From Azolla caroliniana (taxonomy: Eukaryota; Plantae; Polypodiophyta), in assembly GCA_043228905.1 (NCBI GenBank), contig JBHGNT010000020.1:2418001-2482000 (forward strand): 64,000 nucleotides of DNA. Direction: 5' to 3'. Positions 33,986 to 48,600 of the stretch are shown here, piece by piece; position 1 is the stretch's first letter; each line of letters opens with the position of its first letter. Below the pieces are notes generated by a model. It made no database searches. It was not told the DNA's origin and worked only from the letters and a program-made list of their open reading frames with translations. Made by a program: the position numbers and the translations under genes.

Positions 33986-36900
33986 ATGGCTTCTGCTTTT
34001 CCCAAGCCTTGGAAGAAACCCAAAGGACTCGGCCCTACCCATTGGGCTCCTTCCACCACTTGCTTCGTCTCCTCCTCTCTCCTCCTCCTCCTCCTCCTCC
34101 TCCTCCTCGGCTTTCTTCTGGAATGGAATGAGCTCCTCCTTAGCCGAAGCTCTCATAGTAATGGCTCCCCTTCTCTGTCCCTGTCTTTGCATCAGAATCG
34201 GGATCGTCATCAAGATGATCGTGAAGAAAATGAACAGAAGATGGTTTCTTCAGATTTTGGCATCCTTGGCGTTCCTTGGTGTAGGTAGCTCCCCCCCCCC
34301 CCCACCCCTTTTTCTTCACCATATGACTTTTTGAAAGTGCATCATCTCTTCTCTGATTTAGGGTTTAAGGTTTAATTATATGCATTTAGTGTTTAACTTT
34401 TGCTAATATCTTTTTTTGGGTTTAGGGTTTCGTCAAATTCATAACTCGTTGAAAATGTATTTTATCTACATACATTTAAGGATTTATGGTTAGATCATTG
34501 ACATGTTTCTCATATGTAGTTCAAGGTTTGAGCACATACACCTTAAGGTTTAGGTTTTTTGGGTTTTATACTAACTCACTCTGCCCAAACCCTAGATTTA
34601 AGGCCTGTACATATTTAAACTAACATATACACATATGCTATTGTAATGGAATTCAAAAGCCTAGATCTAAGGCGTGTACATATTCAGGCTGACATATACA
34701 CATATGTTAGGGTAATGGAATTCAAAAGCCTAAATTGAATCTCCTAATTCACATCCACACATATATGCATCGAGCCCTTATGATGTAGAACTAAGAAAGG
34801 CTAAGCAATCCAGCTCTGTTCAAAACTCGGGATTGGAGACACACATCTTGCATATGACACATTTGCAGAATTAGTGAAACCTTTGTTAAAAATCTTGGAT
34901 TGAACTTTCAAATTGGAATTACACAGATATCTGCAAGATGACTGAAAGCTCTGTTCAAATTGACATATACCATTTATGCACATTCTAATTGGCATATACC
35001 CCTGTCCTTATTTGTTTTTTATTCCTTGTTCCTTTGCAGGACTAGAAATGGTGCCAATGTCCCCTGGACTCAAGATGATCTCCTCAAGGGTCTCAAAGAG
35101 TTTGCTCAGATCTATATAAATCGCCCCATACCGAACAATAAGTTTGGAATGGGTTTTGATCATTCATTTGGCCTATGGTTTATGGCTCGATGGATTCAAC
35201 CCGATCTAATGATTGAAAGTGGAGCTTTTAAAGGACACTCAACTTGGGTTCTAAGACAAGCTATGCCTGACAAGCCGATCATTTCAATAACACCTCGTCA
35301 CCCAAAGAAATACTTGCAAAAAGGCCCTGCATATGTTGACTCCAATTGCAAGTACTATGCTGGGAGGGATTTTGTGGATTTTGGAAGCATTAATTGGAAA
35401 GATGTACTTAAGGAGCATGGCATCAAAGAGCAATCGAGAGTCTTCTTGTTCTTCGATGATCATCAAAGCGAATTGAGAAGGTGAGCTGCTTTCTACATTT
35501 CATTCTAAGAACTATCGTCATGGTTTCTCAAATGGGTATGAATAATTATTTGTAAGAAGTTTGCAACATATGATGGCGATGCTTGAACCAGTTTGGCAAG
35601 ATTCTCATGGAAAACCGAGTTGAACAGGGATATTGATTGGTATCAAACGGTTGGCTGGAGCTTAGTGTAGTAGAAGCTAGGAAATAACCTATGGATTAGG
35701 TATCCATTTTATGGTTGGAAATATCTTGTAAGATTGACTTGCTTAAATCTCCTGTATGGATCTATGCACAGCATGCCATAGTTCTCTGATATTTAGACTT
35801 TTCAGATTGTAGATTTTTGTGTTCTCCAATATACATAAATACATATATGCACTTATTCCTAATTCAAACCCCAAATTTTAGAATTCAAGATTTTTTTATA
35901 AGGTTTAATACTTTAGATTTCAGCAAGCACTGGAGGCAGGGTTTCAACATTTAGTGTTTGAAGATAATTATGATACTGGAACTGGGGATCATTATTCTCT
36001 CCGACAAATCTGTGACCAGCCTCACATAAAAGGTAATGTTTCTAAAGTTTCCGAAGTATGAATGGTTCAGCGATTTTATAACTTGTAAAATCCTAATAAG
36101 AGTTTATATTTATGTGTGTGTGTGTGTGTGTGCGCGTGTGTATGTATATACATAGATTGGCTAAATAACATGTTTTACTTATTTTTGGCAAATATATTAC
36201 CGGTACAATCTGAAAAATAATCTTTTAGTAGGCAAATGATTCTATTTGTAGTTCAACTTTGAAAAACAGCAGTTGAAATTGTGTATATACTGCCCAAATT
36301 ATAGAATATCATGTGAAAACTCAGCATTTTTTTGGCAAAATATACTTGTAAAATGCTATAATAAATAGATTGTAAATTTTGCAAATGTTTAAAAAAGTTA
36401 GTAGAGGTATCCAAAGACCTTAAAAAACAGTTATTTAGCAAAATGTGATCACGATTAACAGTTTTTTAAAATCTTGAAAAATGGGCAGTTGTCTGAAATA
36501 TTAAACCCTACTTTTTTGGGTGAATTTATGTCTTGTAAAATAGTATATAGGATATAATGTTGAACTTCAAACAATTTTACTTTCTTTGGCATGCATTGTT
36601 TTTTGTGACAAATATAATCTAGATCTATCTCTATTTATGCGAATTAGAAAAATAAGGGCAATTGATATATATGCGCTATAACTTATACAAGATCTGGATA
36701 TGGTAAAAAGGTGGTGGCCATAATTGCTCAAAAGACAGTTATGAGGCTCATGTAAGAGTGACAAGGAGCAATATTTGGGAGAAAGCAGTAAATGTGGATG
36801 AGCTATGTGGAGCTGATAATGCATGGTGGGGAGTGAGAGGACAAATGAGGGATAACTTCAATCATAGTTTTGAGTTAATAAGTGAAAATGATCATCTCAA

Positions 36901-37129
36901 GAACTCAAAGCAAGTTGAAGCTGCCTTAGAGCTCTATTGGGAATTGCCACCTATTGCAGATCCTACATTAACTCATCAAACTAGGTATGATCCATCTCGA
37001 ACCTCACCCCCTCTTATCAAACGTAGTCAGAAAGGACTCTTTAAGAAGCTTGGCCTAAGTACCCTTGATAAAGATGTCTTTAATGGCTACACTCAAATGG
37101 TGTACTTGAAAATATCTCAACATCTGTAA
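33986..37129 (+). CDS. Conserved plant protein of unknown function with N-terminal transmembrane anchor and SAM-methyltransferase-like motif; exons 33986-34284, 35040-35480, 35917-36032, 36711-37129
   Basis: GT-AG introns with consistent phases give one frame: ...FGILGVPWCRTRNG...GMGFDHSFGLWF...IESGAFKGHSTW...FFDDHQ...FEDNYDTGTGDHYSLRQICD...GGGH...WELPP...YTQMVYL. Leu-rich segment near the N-terminus. Confidence 0.88.
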
Positions 37130-37667
37130 TTCTTTTTGCATTTCCATGAACTGAAACTGAAGAGGATTAAAGATAAAAGGATTGTATCAGCTATAAATGT
37201 TATAGTAGCTATGATAGTCGGTAATTTCACTCTTGTATTATTTGTACTTGGTGTTCTTCAACTTTTGTGTCGTAGAAAGGCATTTTGTAGCACTAACTAT
37301 TGTTTAAATATCTGTAGGACAGTACTTCCCAAGAATTGTCACTTGATATAAGACATTGGCAGATTTTGGCAAAGTTATTTTTTTCAGACATTTGAGTGAA
37401 GAGGATTTGTGTTCTGGTAATGAGTTGAGATTTGATCTATACAGAAAATTTATGGTGCATTTAAATTGGTCATGATTCTTCATAGCTCATTATCCATCTG
37501 ATAGATAGCACATGGTTTACGTACTAACCAACCTATTATGTACATTGAATACTCTTCTGACAACACGTGGTTTACTTTGCTTTGCTAGTCAACATATCCA
37601 TCTTCAATACATATAAATAATGAACAGTTATTTAAAAACACGTATACAAAGCAATACACTCAAATAC

Positions 37668-37905
37668 TTCAAAACGACATCCTCAACATACAGTTAGTTG
37701 TCTTTCCAACTAAGAATAATGTTTTGAGAGTCATATACAAATTACTGAGGGACAATAGTTATTTTTGAGAGTTCAAAACGACATCCTCAACATACAGTTA
37801 GTTGTCTTTCCAACTAAGAATAATGTTTTGAGAGTCATAATACAAATTACCGAGGGACAATAGTTATTTTTGAGAGTCATATACAAATTACTGAGGGTCA
37901 TAGTT
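37668..37905. repeat. About 104-bp tandem duplication plus partial third unit between the convergent genes
   Basis: TTCAAAACGACATCCTCAACATACAG...TTTTGAGAG starts at 37668 and 37772. Confidence 0.8.
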
Positions 37906-38547
37906 AATTACTTCAAAAAGTAGATCACCAAGGATTCAAAAGTCATAAAGACTTGAAATTTCATAAAGATTTGGATTAAATGTTGAAACTTTCTTCATAC
38001 AGACTCCACGTTATACAAAAGCCAGTTAAACCATGGAATGGAAAAGGCAACATTCCTGCTTTTCCAATACCAGGACAAATCCTTTGGAGACAAAAATGTC
38101 CTCGTCTCTTAGGAAACCAAAAAACAAATGCACAGCTTCGATGCATACATAGTAAGTAGGCTATAGAAACAACCTACTAAAGAAATCACTTATCTACCCT
38201 AATACTTCTCAATAATGGTTACAGTTCATGATTATTCACGCCTTGCCGACAACAAGAAAAATACATACTCCAAAACTCCCTTCTCTCCCTTTCTGTCCTC
38301 CATCCACCTTGATATACTACAACAAACATCAGGCTATATATCGACCTCAACCTTTTGCTACACCACATGTATCTCCAACTCTATCTATTACAACACCAAT
38401 GCATTCATATGCATTCATTCTTCTTGAAGGTAACTCAAAAAACATCATATAGTTTTCTGCTTTATCCAATTGTATTTATGTAGCATGTACTGCATTGATT
38501 GGACCCATCATAATTAATGCATAAAGTTGAATTGATTGTTTGGTTGC

Positions 38548-40310
38548 TCAAGCCAAACCCGATTCAATGAAAAGATCAAGTAATGCCAACGTCTGCAATA
38601 GCCAAAAACGGAAACAATTAACTAAATATAAAGCAAAACAAGAAACAAAGACGGTCAAAAAATGATCCAGTTAGTCAAAAATATAGAAAAGAATCAAAAG
38701 AAACTAACCTCAGGTACTGAGAGTTGTAGACGGAACTTGGGTCCATCATAGTGATGGAGAACCGGTCGAAAAGAGTCTTCTTCAAGGGGCTTTGAGAGCC
38801 TTCTCACCCGAATGCGGACCTGCAAAGAAAATAAATAGAGTTAGCAAACCAAATATCATAATAAAACAAGTAGTATCAATTAGAACAAAAGGGCTTTGTC
38901 TGTATAAGTGATTGAAATATGTTCAGAAGCTCCAGAATGCCACAATTAGTTGGCGCCTCTTAAACATGGCCACATACAAAATTCTTGGTTTAACTTTTTG
39001 TCCAATCTAAAACGAAATAGAGGTCCGAACAATAAGATTATGCTACGCTGCCTTGTAACGAATCGTGGACTTCGAATGAACTAAGCTACCTACCCAACAT
39101 TTTTTATACCAATGACTTTATGCCAAATCAGAATACATAGCAAAAATTTAACCTACCGTGTTTCGCCACTCTCAAGCACCTAGGGACTCTGACCCACTAT
39201 TTTAAGTGTCTAATAAGACGATGCCACCTCAGCATCAAAATTTGTTTTTCCATGGTTTCATGTATCAACAATGTAGAGAATTTACGAACTAAAATGCAAC
39301 GCAGTAAGTGAAGAGCGACACTTAACCTGAGCTGGGAATCTAGACTCTCCTTTACATTTCTTGTCTTCCCATGCCGTTGGATCAATGTTTGAACCACCAA
39401 AACTAGCAGCCTAAGAAAAGGAAATATGGATTCAGAAAATTTCCCAAGAAGACTTTGATTTTCATGCTAATCAATAGAAAAGAATACTTCATAAACTCAT
39501 ATAATACTTTTACCTCATACACTCCATGAAGTTGATGAGTGGTATAGTTGTAAAGAAATAGCGGCAGGCCTGGTTGAATTGCACGAACTGAATCCCGATA
39601 TCTCTGTGGTAATCCTGTATGGCGAGAAAAAAGTATATAGCAATTTAAATCTTCTTAAAACCCCACATGCCCTTCACATGCGTACATATACATAGGCAAA
39701 AACCCATAAAGGCACAGGAACACATCAAAAATGCATGCATTACAAACACATACACACGCATAGATGTATACATACACATGCATAAATGGAAGATTTACAT
39801 ACTTACAAACACATACAAAGGGAGATAGAGAGAGAAAATACTACGGATCATACCAAAGAGCTGCCGCTTCAGGTCCTCCGCCATTGTATCATTATTACAC
39901 ACAAAGATGTAACCCCCCAGAGTCTCATTCCTTGGTAGAGTTTCGGCAGGGGGCAACGACTTAAATCGTTTATCACCACTATTACCTGACTGTTGTTGTT
40001 GTCCTGAAGAATTGAAACTTCCTCCAGACAAAAGCTTATGACCAAATTCATCCAATTTCATGTCCACTAACTTCTGATTCAATCCCTCTCCTTTCAAAGT
40101 ATCATCAACTCGTCCTTTTTTCCCTCCTTTAACTGGCTTGAAATTCTTGTCCACAACCTTGGTTTCAGAGTGGCTTCTATCCATATTGCCTCTCATTTGA
40201 TCGACAATAGCGAGTTGTGATGCAACAATTTTCCATTTGTGGTCTTCTTGAACCTCGCTTTGTCCTCTCCTTTCATTACTGAAGCTCCAGAATGCATACA
40301 TGCTATCCAT
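38548..40310 (-). CDS. DCD (development and cell death)/B2-domain protein; exons 40310-39854, 39614-39514, 39410-39327, 38819-38709, 38592-38548
   Basis: DCD signature ETLPRNETLGGYIFVCNNDTM...LFGLPQRYRDSVRAIQPGLPLFLYNYTTHQLHGVYEAASFGGSNIDPTAWEDKKCKGESRFPAQVR...FRPVLHHYDGPKFRLQL. Canonical GT-AG sites. Probable 5'-UTR intron at 40321-41300. Confidence 0.93.
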
Positions 40311-41479
40311 ATCCAAACCCCTATAATAATAATAACAAAAATTATATGATAATAAATCAATATATACATATGGCTGAGGAGCATTTTTCCACAGTGCAAT
40401 TTCACATCATTCCAATTATTGAAGGTTCAAAAATGAACAAACATTTTTTAAATGTGGACTTTCAAATTAGTAAAATTAAAAAGAATCACAACCCCAACAA
40501 CAGAGTATGAGAAAAAAAGAGAATTACACAGAATATCATCAGCACAAACAGAAACCCTAGAAGGGACAATAAACAAAAAAAACACTATAATTCTTGAATT
40601 GAAAGAAACAACCCTGGAGCAGGTTAAGTACAGAAAGCTATAAAAAATTTCGACATTAAAAGAAAACCCTGGAGGGAATTCAAGAACCCTCCAAAAATTC
40701 ATTGTCCTTAAAAGAAAGAAATCCTCTTGAAGCATACAGTACAAAATACCCTAGAAGTATAGACATAGAACAACAGTTAAGTAAAAGAAAACATAAAAAC
40801 TAAATATATTCAAAAGAATCAGGAAAACCATAATAACGGTTGAAAACAGACTCATTTCCAGATACAGAGATACTCATCAAGCAGAATATCTGAGAGGAAT
40901 GCGAAAATATGCAGAAATGGTAATATTTGAGCGAATTTAACAGAGAACTTTTGCATATAAGAAACCAAACAAACGAGCAGCACAGATAGGAAATGGGACA
41001 GTAAGATCAGAAGCTGCGCAGGAAAAATCAAAATTTTGAACAGGAGAACCAGAAAACTTAAACAGACAAATCAGAAGAACAAAAAACGAGCAGGAGAACA
41101 ACAAGAATTTAACAGGTTTAAATTAGCACCAAAAGAAGCAGAAAACTAGAGAAGCGAATTGAAGCAGAAGAGGGTAAAGACAGATAAAGAAGTAACAGTA
41201 TACATGAAACAAGGGGAAATTTCAGAGAAGAATTAGAAGAAAATATACAGAAAATTTAAGAAGAAAAACAGAGAGAAAGAGAGAGGTTTTCTTGGCTTAC
41301 CTCTGTATGTTATAGCAGAAACCCGAAGAGTAGTGGCGGAATCAAAGCTCAGCCGTCCAAAAACACAGAGCGAGAAGCTCTTGATTGAAGAAACGCCCTA
41401 AAAAAAGGGAGCGTCCTTCAAGAATTTACAGAAGGAAGTGATGGAGGAAACACTAAAAATAAAACACGAAATGAAGATA

Positions 41480-41765
41480 GCAGAAACCCTAAATGACCAA
41501 TTATGGAAGAAGAGTATACGGAACCCTAAAATCAAATATAGAAGAAGAGAGTAGAAAGAAACCTACGCCCAATTACAGAAGAAGAGTAAAAGAAACCCTA
41601 AAAACCCAGTAGAGAAGAAGAGTAGAAAGAACCCTAAAACCAGTAGAGAAGAAGTGTGGAAGAAACCCTAAAACTAGTAAAATAAAAATAAAAGAAGAAG
41701 AAGAGTAGAAGAAACCCTAAAAAGCCAGTAGAGAAGAAGAGTAGAAGAAACCCTAAACCCAATTA
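41480..41765. promoter_or_regulatory. About 40-bp degenerate tandem repeat, each unit with a telo-box (AAACCCTA) and GAAGAAGAG, in the 5' leader of the DCD gene
   Basis: (A)AACCCTAAA at about 41484, 41522, 41594, 41630, 41664, 41712 and 41748, alternating with AGAAGAAGAGTAG. Confidence 0.6.
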
Positions 41766-42373
41766 CAGAAGACGGTAGAGGAGAGATTGAAAAGAAGAGA
41801 AACACAGAGAAGGAGAGAGGTAAAAAGGGAAGGGAGCGGGGGGAACAGAACAGAGTGAGAGAGAGTGTATGTTTTTTGAAAACCCTAGATCTGCAGGAAA
41901 AAGGGGGAGGAGATCAAACCAATTTAAAGCACAAAGAAAATATCCCCATCACTTTACTACTCTCTCTCTCTCTCTCTCTCTGTCTTTTGGAAAAATAAAG
42001 AGAGAGCAGATCAGAGCAGATCAGAGCAGCAGGACAGGGCATATGGTGGGGCCAAATATACATACATACATACATACATATTCTGATGATCTCTCTCCAT
42101 CTATCTGTATCTATCTATCTATCTATAAGAAGAAGAAGAAGAAGAAGAAGAGTCCAGACTCCAGTCTCTTGTGTCTGTAGTTCTATTTTCAGTAGAACAA
42201 CTCTCTCTCTCTCTCTCTCGGTAATATACATAGGTGTCCGATGTTTTGCTTGCATTCATTTCACGTGATATATGGTGGCGTGGTCTCTTCATCAGTCCAT
42301 CCATCCACCCATTGAATCAAGACTGAAGCATGCCCCGCTTTTCCCGCTCGACCACCCACTCCAGTGTACTCGA

Positions 42374-42683
42374 TCTTATGCCTTGTAATAGCTCGATGTC
42401 GATCTCGATCGTGATTTGAAGCCAACCTTTTGCATTGCATCTATCTGCTCATGATTACTCTTATATATTTTCTCATTGTATGTGGTTCCCTTGTTCCAAA
42501 CTGGGGCGTAGTCCCAAAGCTGATTGGGATTCACCAAGGGGCTTAGTCGTAAGTCCCAAAGAAGGAGCCACCCTAGGTTGAGACAACCAAGTTCCACAAT
42601 CATCCTAGGCCTATATAAGGAAGATCACTCCTATTTTGTAAATCATTCTAAGGTTTACCATTTTGTTCTAAGGACCGTGAAGT

Positions 42684-42744
<61 letters not shown>

Positions 42745-42956
42745 TGTTTGGGAGTTGTCCCGACTCATCTTGACATAGTCTCGATTCGTCCCAACTCAGT
42801 CTCGACTTGTCCCAACTATGAGTTTTGGATTGTGGTTTGTCCCACTTTGGGAGTGTTTCTAAGCTTTTCCTTGTTGATATGATATATGGGCATGTTTTGT
42901 GTCCCAATCGTGTTTTCTTTTGGCTTTAAGGAACGCCATAAAATAGGGTCATAACA
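42374..42956 (+). mobile_element. Possible solo LTR
   Basis: CCTATATAAGG at about 42610, a (CT)n tract at 42687-42741, and an end GGGTCATAACA. Left boundary and TSD not resolved. Confidence 0.35.
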
Positions 42957-45627
42957 TATTCCTCTCCATATGCCAAGTGGCCATTTAGGAGAAGTTCTAA
43001 CACATTAAGTGGTTGTTGCCTAGCCATGTGTAGAGATCTTAACCCCATTGCCAACCCCAAAAGCTATGACCAAAGAAGTTTGATAGAGTTTGGTTGCGAT
43101 ATTGCAATACCATGTGCACTTTGTTTGGTACTATAAAATTGAGTGTAGGTGCCTAGGTATTACTACGTGAATCCATATCAATCCACAACAAAAGTTAATA
43201 TGCAAACAATATTAATAAATGGAAAAAGGCGTGGTTTTGATCATAGGTTTATGCTTCAAATGGAAGGTAAATTGTAGATTAGCCTCTTGAAGAATGACCA
43301 TTTAACTATTAATAGGTATAAAATGGTTGTTTAGGGGCATATGCAATCACGTGATTGTAACCAACACAAACGGGTTAAAGAGAAAAGGATCCATTGGAGG
43401 TTGATAGATGGGCATGTTACAATCGCATTGCACTAGGGTCCGCTCCAAAGTAGCATTTTGAGCCGTGAATTAAGATATTTTTTCATCAATAAAAGAAGGG
43501 CATGCAATAGTAATGTTGTTGTATTGTCTCTTTAAAATTGTTTCGTATTCGAACTCTTTTTTGTGGCCTACTAACCCCGTAATGCTCTACGATAAATTTT
43601 GAAGCTTTGCATGATACTTACACATGCCCTATCAAAGGAAGAAATCTACGAAGAAAATGGTAGTATTCAACAAAATCATCGATGATTCGATTTATAGGAT
43701 TTCTCCATACATTGAAACACCAAAAGCCTACCGTACATCCAATCTTCGCCAAATAAATTTATTGTCTTTATTTCCTTTCAAACTGTGGGCTAGTATATTT
43801 ATTGACAAGGACATACACAATGATATATCATATCGAAGAATAACTCGAATACATTTATTTCATGTCGCATTGGTAAGGAACCAAAAACTTCTCCCTAATT
43901 GATCTATTCATTATGTTGTCGGGATATTTACCTTTAAGAACCATGAAATGTATTGTATGGTGAAAATATATGTTACATTTGCTTCTATATAAGCTTTCAT
44001 CATTTGTTCCAAGTGCAAGTGTTTAATTTATATGTGTACATTCCTCGGATGAGGATTAAAATTGCCATAAGGAGTTGAAAGTATTTCTACAATAGCATCA
44101 TGATCACACGTTTACAAAAAATAAAATAAAATATGCTCATAAGATGTAAGTTCTATGTGTGTGCTCAAAACATAAAAAATGTATTCGTGCTCAACCCAAA
44201 ATACTACTTGATTTAGGACACTAATGAGACATTAACAAATTATTAGCTATGAATTGGTTATATTGACCAAAGTAACACTGCCTAAAGATTACTCAAGGAG
44301 TTAGTGTTAAGATGTAAATGTTTATTGAACATGAAGAAAAATTCATACACACAAGAGATTTGTCCACCAACAAGTGTCATGCATCACTCCGCTAATTACC
44401 TTTCCTTGCATGAAAATGTCAGTGTTGTTTATTATCATTCAACATAAAATCAAGTAAACGTCATGAATTTTGTTTGTGTTGATTTATGATTTTGGGAAAT
44501 ATGGTCAAATTTCAACGTAATCTATAAATCTAGAGCGAATGAAGTTTCATACCTTATATTTTTTAGAGAAATTGTTTACCCATCCAAACATTTATCGAAA
44601 GAGATGGTTAGGATTAGTATATTTATTGACACATTGAATTGTTTGGTATATCACTGAGCACATAATTTGTAGTAGAAGTAGTAGTAAAACAATAAACTAA
44701 TTTGTCTATACGATTCACCTAACTAATAGTCTAATGGGAAGCAGTTTTTTCTTAAAAAAAAAAATATAAAATGAAGTAGAGGAATATGTAAGATTGTGGA
44801 ATATTCTAGAAGGGTTAAAATATTAAAAAATGTCATGGAACATTATTGAAAGTTATTGATGATAGTAGAAAAGTTATTATGAGTCATAGAATTAATAATG
44901 ACAATGTATTAAAGGTCGTTAAAAGGACACATCCTCCAATAGATTAAGATTTCCCCTTAACTTCTTTCTTCAAAGGTTGTCTCGAGCTCAATGGTGAAGG
45001 CTACAAAGTCTTTCTCTTCTCCTTTCCAACAAACAAAACTCTTTCGCTAGTTATAAAATTTTACAACTGTGAGTGTTATATACAAATCTTAGAAGGAACT
45101 TCATAGTTCAATCTTATGTGGAGGCCCACTGACTCAAGAAAGGGAGAGGACGACCACTAATGTATGAAGGTTAATCATTGTCTTTCGGCTCTATCAGATC
45201 CGCCTGTGATGTCATAGTATTGGCTCTTTAGCGTGGCTATAGGTTTCACTCCATATTTCCTGCAACAATGTGCTTGATGCACATGTTGATTGAAGAAGAC
45301 TTGCCTACAATGTTGTTTCCAGAGAGTCTATAATGTTATTGGGCTGACCAATTCAAGCACGACTTGATCTTGGCGTTGATGGGAGTTGGGTGAAAGACTG
45401 TCGGTGGTGGAAAACGAGACCTCTTGTGCCTTTATCACCAATGTCATCCCCTCCTCCTGACGTTCATATCTACCAATTGGGGCCAACTGTTGGCATAAAA
45501 GGCTGACTCCCTCCTCGTCGAAGCTCATATTGATCTGACAATTGTTGAAGAGAGACAGATCCAACGACCTCCCACATCAACACCTTCCAAGGGATTAACT
45601 CTCCTCCTAAGGGATTAACTTCAAAGA

Positions 45628-48600
45628 AGACGTTAAAGCCCTTGCCCTCCTTTCGAGCTTGCCGGCGGGTTGGGAGGTATTCTGCACGACATTTGCCAAC
45701 AACTATCCAAAGTTGAATTTGGACAAAACGATCGGACAAGCCCACTACTCGACTGAGTCGATCAGACAAACCAGCCGATCGAGAGAACAAGCCAAAAGAA
45801 CTGGTCAAAACACTAATCAATCGAGAAAGAGGGAAAACCGACAACGGTTGAAGTCGAGGAATACGTTAAAGCCCTTGCCCTCCTTTCGAGCTTGCCGGCG
45901 GGTTGGGAGGTATTTTGCACGACATTTGCCAACAGCTATCCAAAGTTGAATTTGGACAAAACGATCGGACAAGCCCACTACTCGACTGAGTCGATCAGAC
46001 AAACCAGCCGATCGAGAGAACAAGCCAAAAGAACTGGTCAAAACACCAATCAATCGAGAAAGAGGGAAAACCGACAACGGTTGAAGTCGAGGAATAGTCG
46101 ATCAAGTGTCTTCTACACACATTGCAAAATGACCTGTCACAACGTTTCAAACGGTTGGTTTATAAAAAGAAAGGAGTATGGTCAAGGATTCAATCAGACA
46201 CAAGAACAATCCAATTTGAACTATTCTCCTACCAACAACCAAGTCAATGTTGCTGAATCCCGGTCCGGAGAAATCCTCTCCCTGGAGGAGTCATTGACCA
46301 GTGAAGTCCTATACAGCACGCAAGGCGCACGAACATGGCAGCTGGACTCTGACGCCACATTTTACGTGACCCCCAACATCGAATGGTTTTTGAACTATTC
46401 GGCCAGAGCCAATGGCATAGTTCGACTAAGCAACGGGCAGGAGTGCGTAATCGCAGGGATCGGCAAGGTTCCCATCCAATTGTCGAATGGCAATACTATC
46501 ACCCTACAGTGAGTCCAACACGTACCCGAGTTGAAGAGGAGTCTAGCCTCCATTGGCATGCTAGCCAAAAGCCGGGTACCGAACGACTCTAAGTGAGTCA
46601 TCATGGATGATCAGATGAGGAAACATGAAAATTGGGTGTGGATGCAAGTAAAATAACTTGTATCTACTGATGGCGATCAATTCAGAGGGCATAGTGAACA
46701 TAGCTGAATTGCAGGATTCGAACCTATTGCATGACTGACTTGGCCATATGTCACAAGCCTGACTTGATCAACTAATGGCAATCGACTACATCCCGAAGCT
46801 CCAGTCGAAGACAGACTTCCGTGAGCATTGTCGTTACGGGAAACATGCCTGAAGTCCAATTCTCTCCATTACGAGACGACACGACAACCCCTAGAACTAG
46901 TCCACACAAATATATGTGGGCCGATGCCCGAAAGGTCACTAGGAGGTTCTCAATACTTCATCACATTCGTAGATGATTGTACACGAAAGGTCTAGGCCTA
47001 ACATGTTAGGTCAAAAGACGAAGCTCAAGGTCTTCTCTCGGTGGATAGTCGAAGTGGAGAACCGATCAGGACAACGAGTGAAGACACTCTGGTTCAACAA
47101 CGGAGGTGAATACATCTCTCGAGTCTTCAAACAATTGTTGTACGTGGGCTGGACAAGCCACTAACACAGGGTGTCCCTTTGGAACACTTCACCAAAGGGG
47201 TGGTACGGTAAGGAATGTGCAGACCGTGATACAGAACCGATCGTACCCGGTTATTATCCGGAATGATTAACTTGATACATGCGTATGATAATCACATGAA
47301 GCACAAAACGACATTAACAAGATAAATAGTACGTAAAGCCACAACACCTCTCTATTAATTATCCGTTGTTACTTACATCGTCTCCGGATCCTTTTATAGG
47401 TATCCGGTTGGGTTACAAACCGGTGCCAACCGGCAACCGGCTACGAACTAGTTCATATCCGGATCGGCATACCGATTCCAGGTCCGTCTGTCCGCTCTTA
47501 TAATTATCATAATTTATCTAATTACAACTCCCAAAACCGGCTCCCCTTTCATACTCTGGCCTAACCGGCCAACACATGGCACACCCATGGGACAATACAT
47601 TGTACGTCGAACCCACGATTAGCCCCTTCATTCATCCTCCAAAATGTCCAGAATGCTCTAGTCCAGGGGTTCCAACGATTCATCGGGTAGTTGCTCCTCC
47701 AGTTGTAGTAGTTGTTGGTCTCCGGCCTGCTCTTCCTCTCCGGCTCTATCCGTTTCCGGCTCTACTGGTCTCGGCGCCTCTGGCTCCGGCTCCTCCGTCC
47801 TTGGCTCCTCCTCCTCCTGCACTGCGGCTTTGTCTGGCTCCTCCGGTTTGACCTCTTCCGGCTGTTCTACTCGGGCTTCGTTTTGTTGGCCTCCGCCGGT
47901 CCTGGCTACATTCAATGGCTACTCTGGAGATTGCTCTCCGTCATTGATGTTAATTGCCGCAGACATTTGCGATGCTATTTGCCGTCTTCTCTCCCGTTCG
48001 TCTCGCTCGAACTAGAGTTGAGTGCCAAGTTGGTCATCATCTAGCTGTTCTACCAGCCGCCTTACAACCGCCAATTGTTCCCCTGCCAAGGACAAGAAAT
48101 CGTCCGACAACTCCTCCCGGATGGTTACAATGCTCTCTGTATCCATCTTGTAGAAGTTGTTACCATCCTTTCTTCGGTTTTCTGCATCAGCTCACAACGT
48201 CTGTAATTCCGCCGCCTGTTGTGCCCATTTTGACGACAATTGCATTAGGCTTTCACCAATCATACTCTTTTTCCTTTCTTTCCATGCTAGCACAATGGCG
48301 CCGATCCGACTAAGCCCCATCTTGGATTTGTCCTCCGCAGCTTGGTTTTCCTCCTTTAACTTCTTTATTAGGCCCGCGGTTGCTTGTGCTTGCACCTCAT
48401 ATTCTAGGAATTGAGTTTGATAAGTTGTCTAAACTCTATTTGACTCCATCTTTGCTCGTTCCGTCTCCTCATAATGCTGTCAAGTGAGCTCCATCCGGTT
48501 CCTTGCTGCTTCTTCCAGTACCTTTGCCATGTCAGCCGCCTTGGTTCGTTCTTTCGCCAATGCCTCTGTGGCCTTGTTTACTTCATTCCGTAGTTCCCCT

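Noticed and set aside
41480-41765. Interstitial telomere or chromosome-fusion scar
   Set aside because: The motifs are single telo-boxes separated by GA-rich spacers, not tandem TTTAGGG arrays.
43000-45620. Possible gene or element in the AT-rich stretch and short ORFs (43624-43902, 45328-45564)
   Set aside because: No recognisable domain, splice pattern or termini; probably old TE debris that cannot be assigned by eye.
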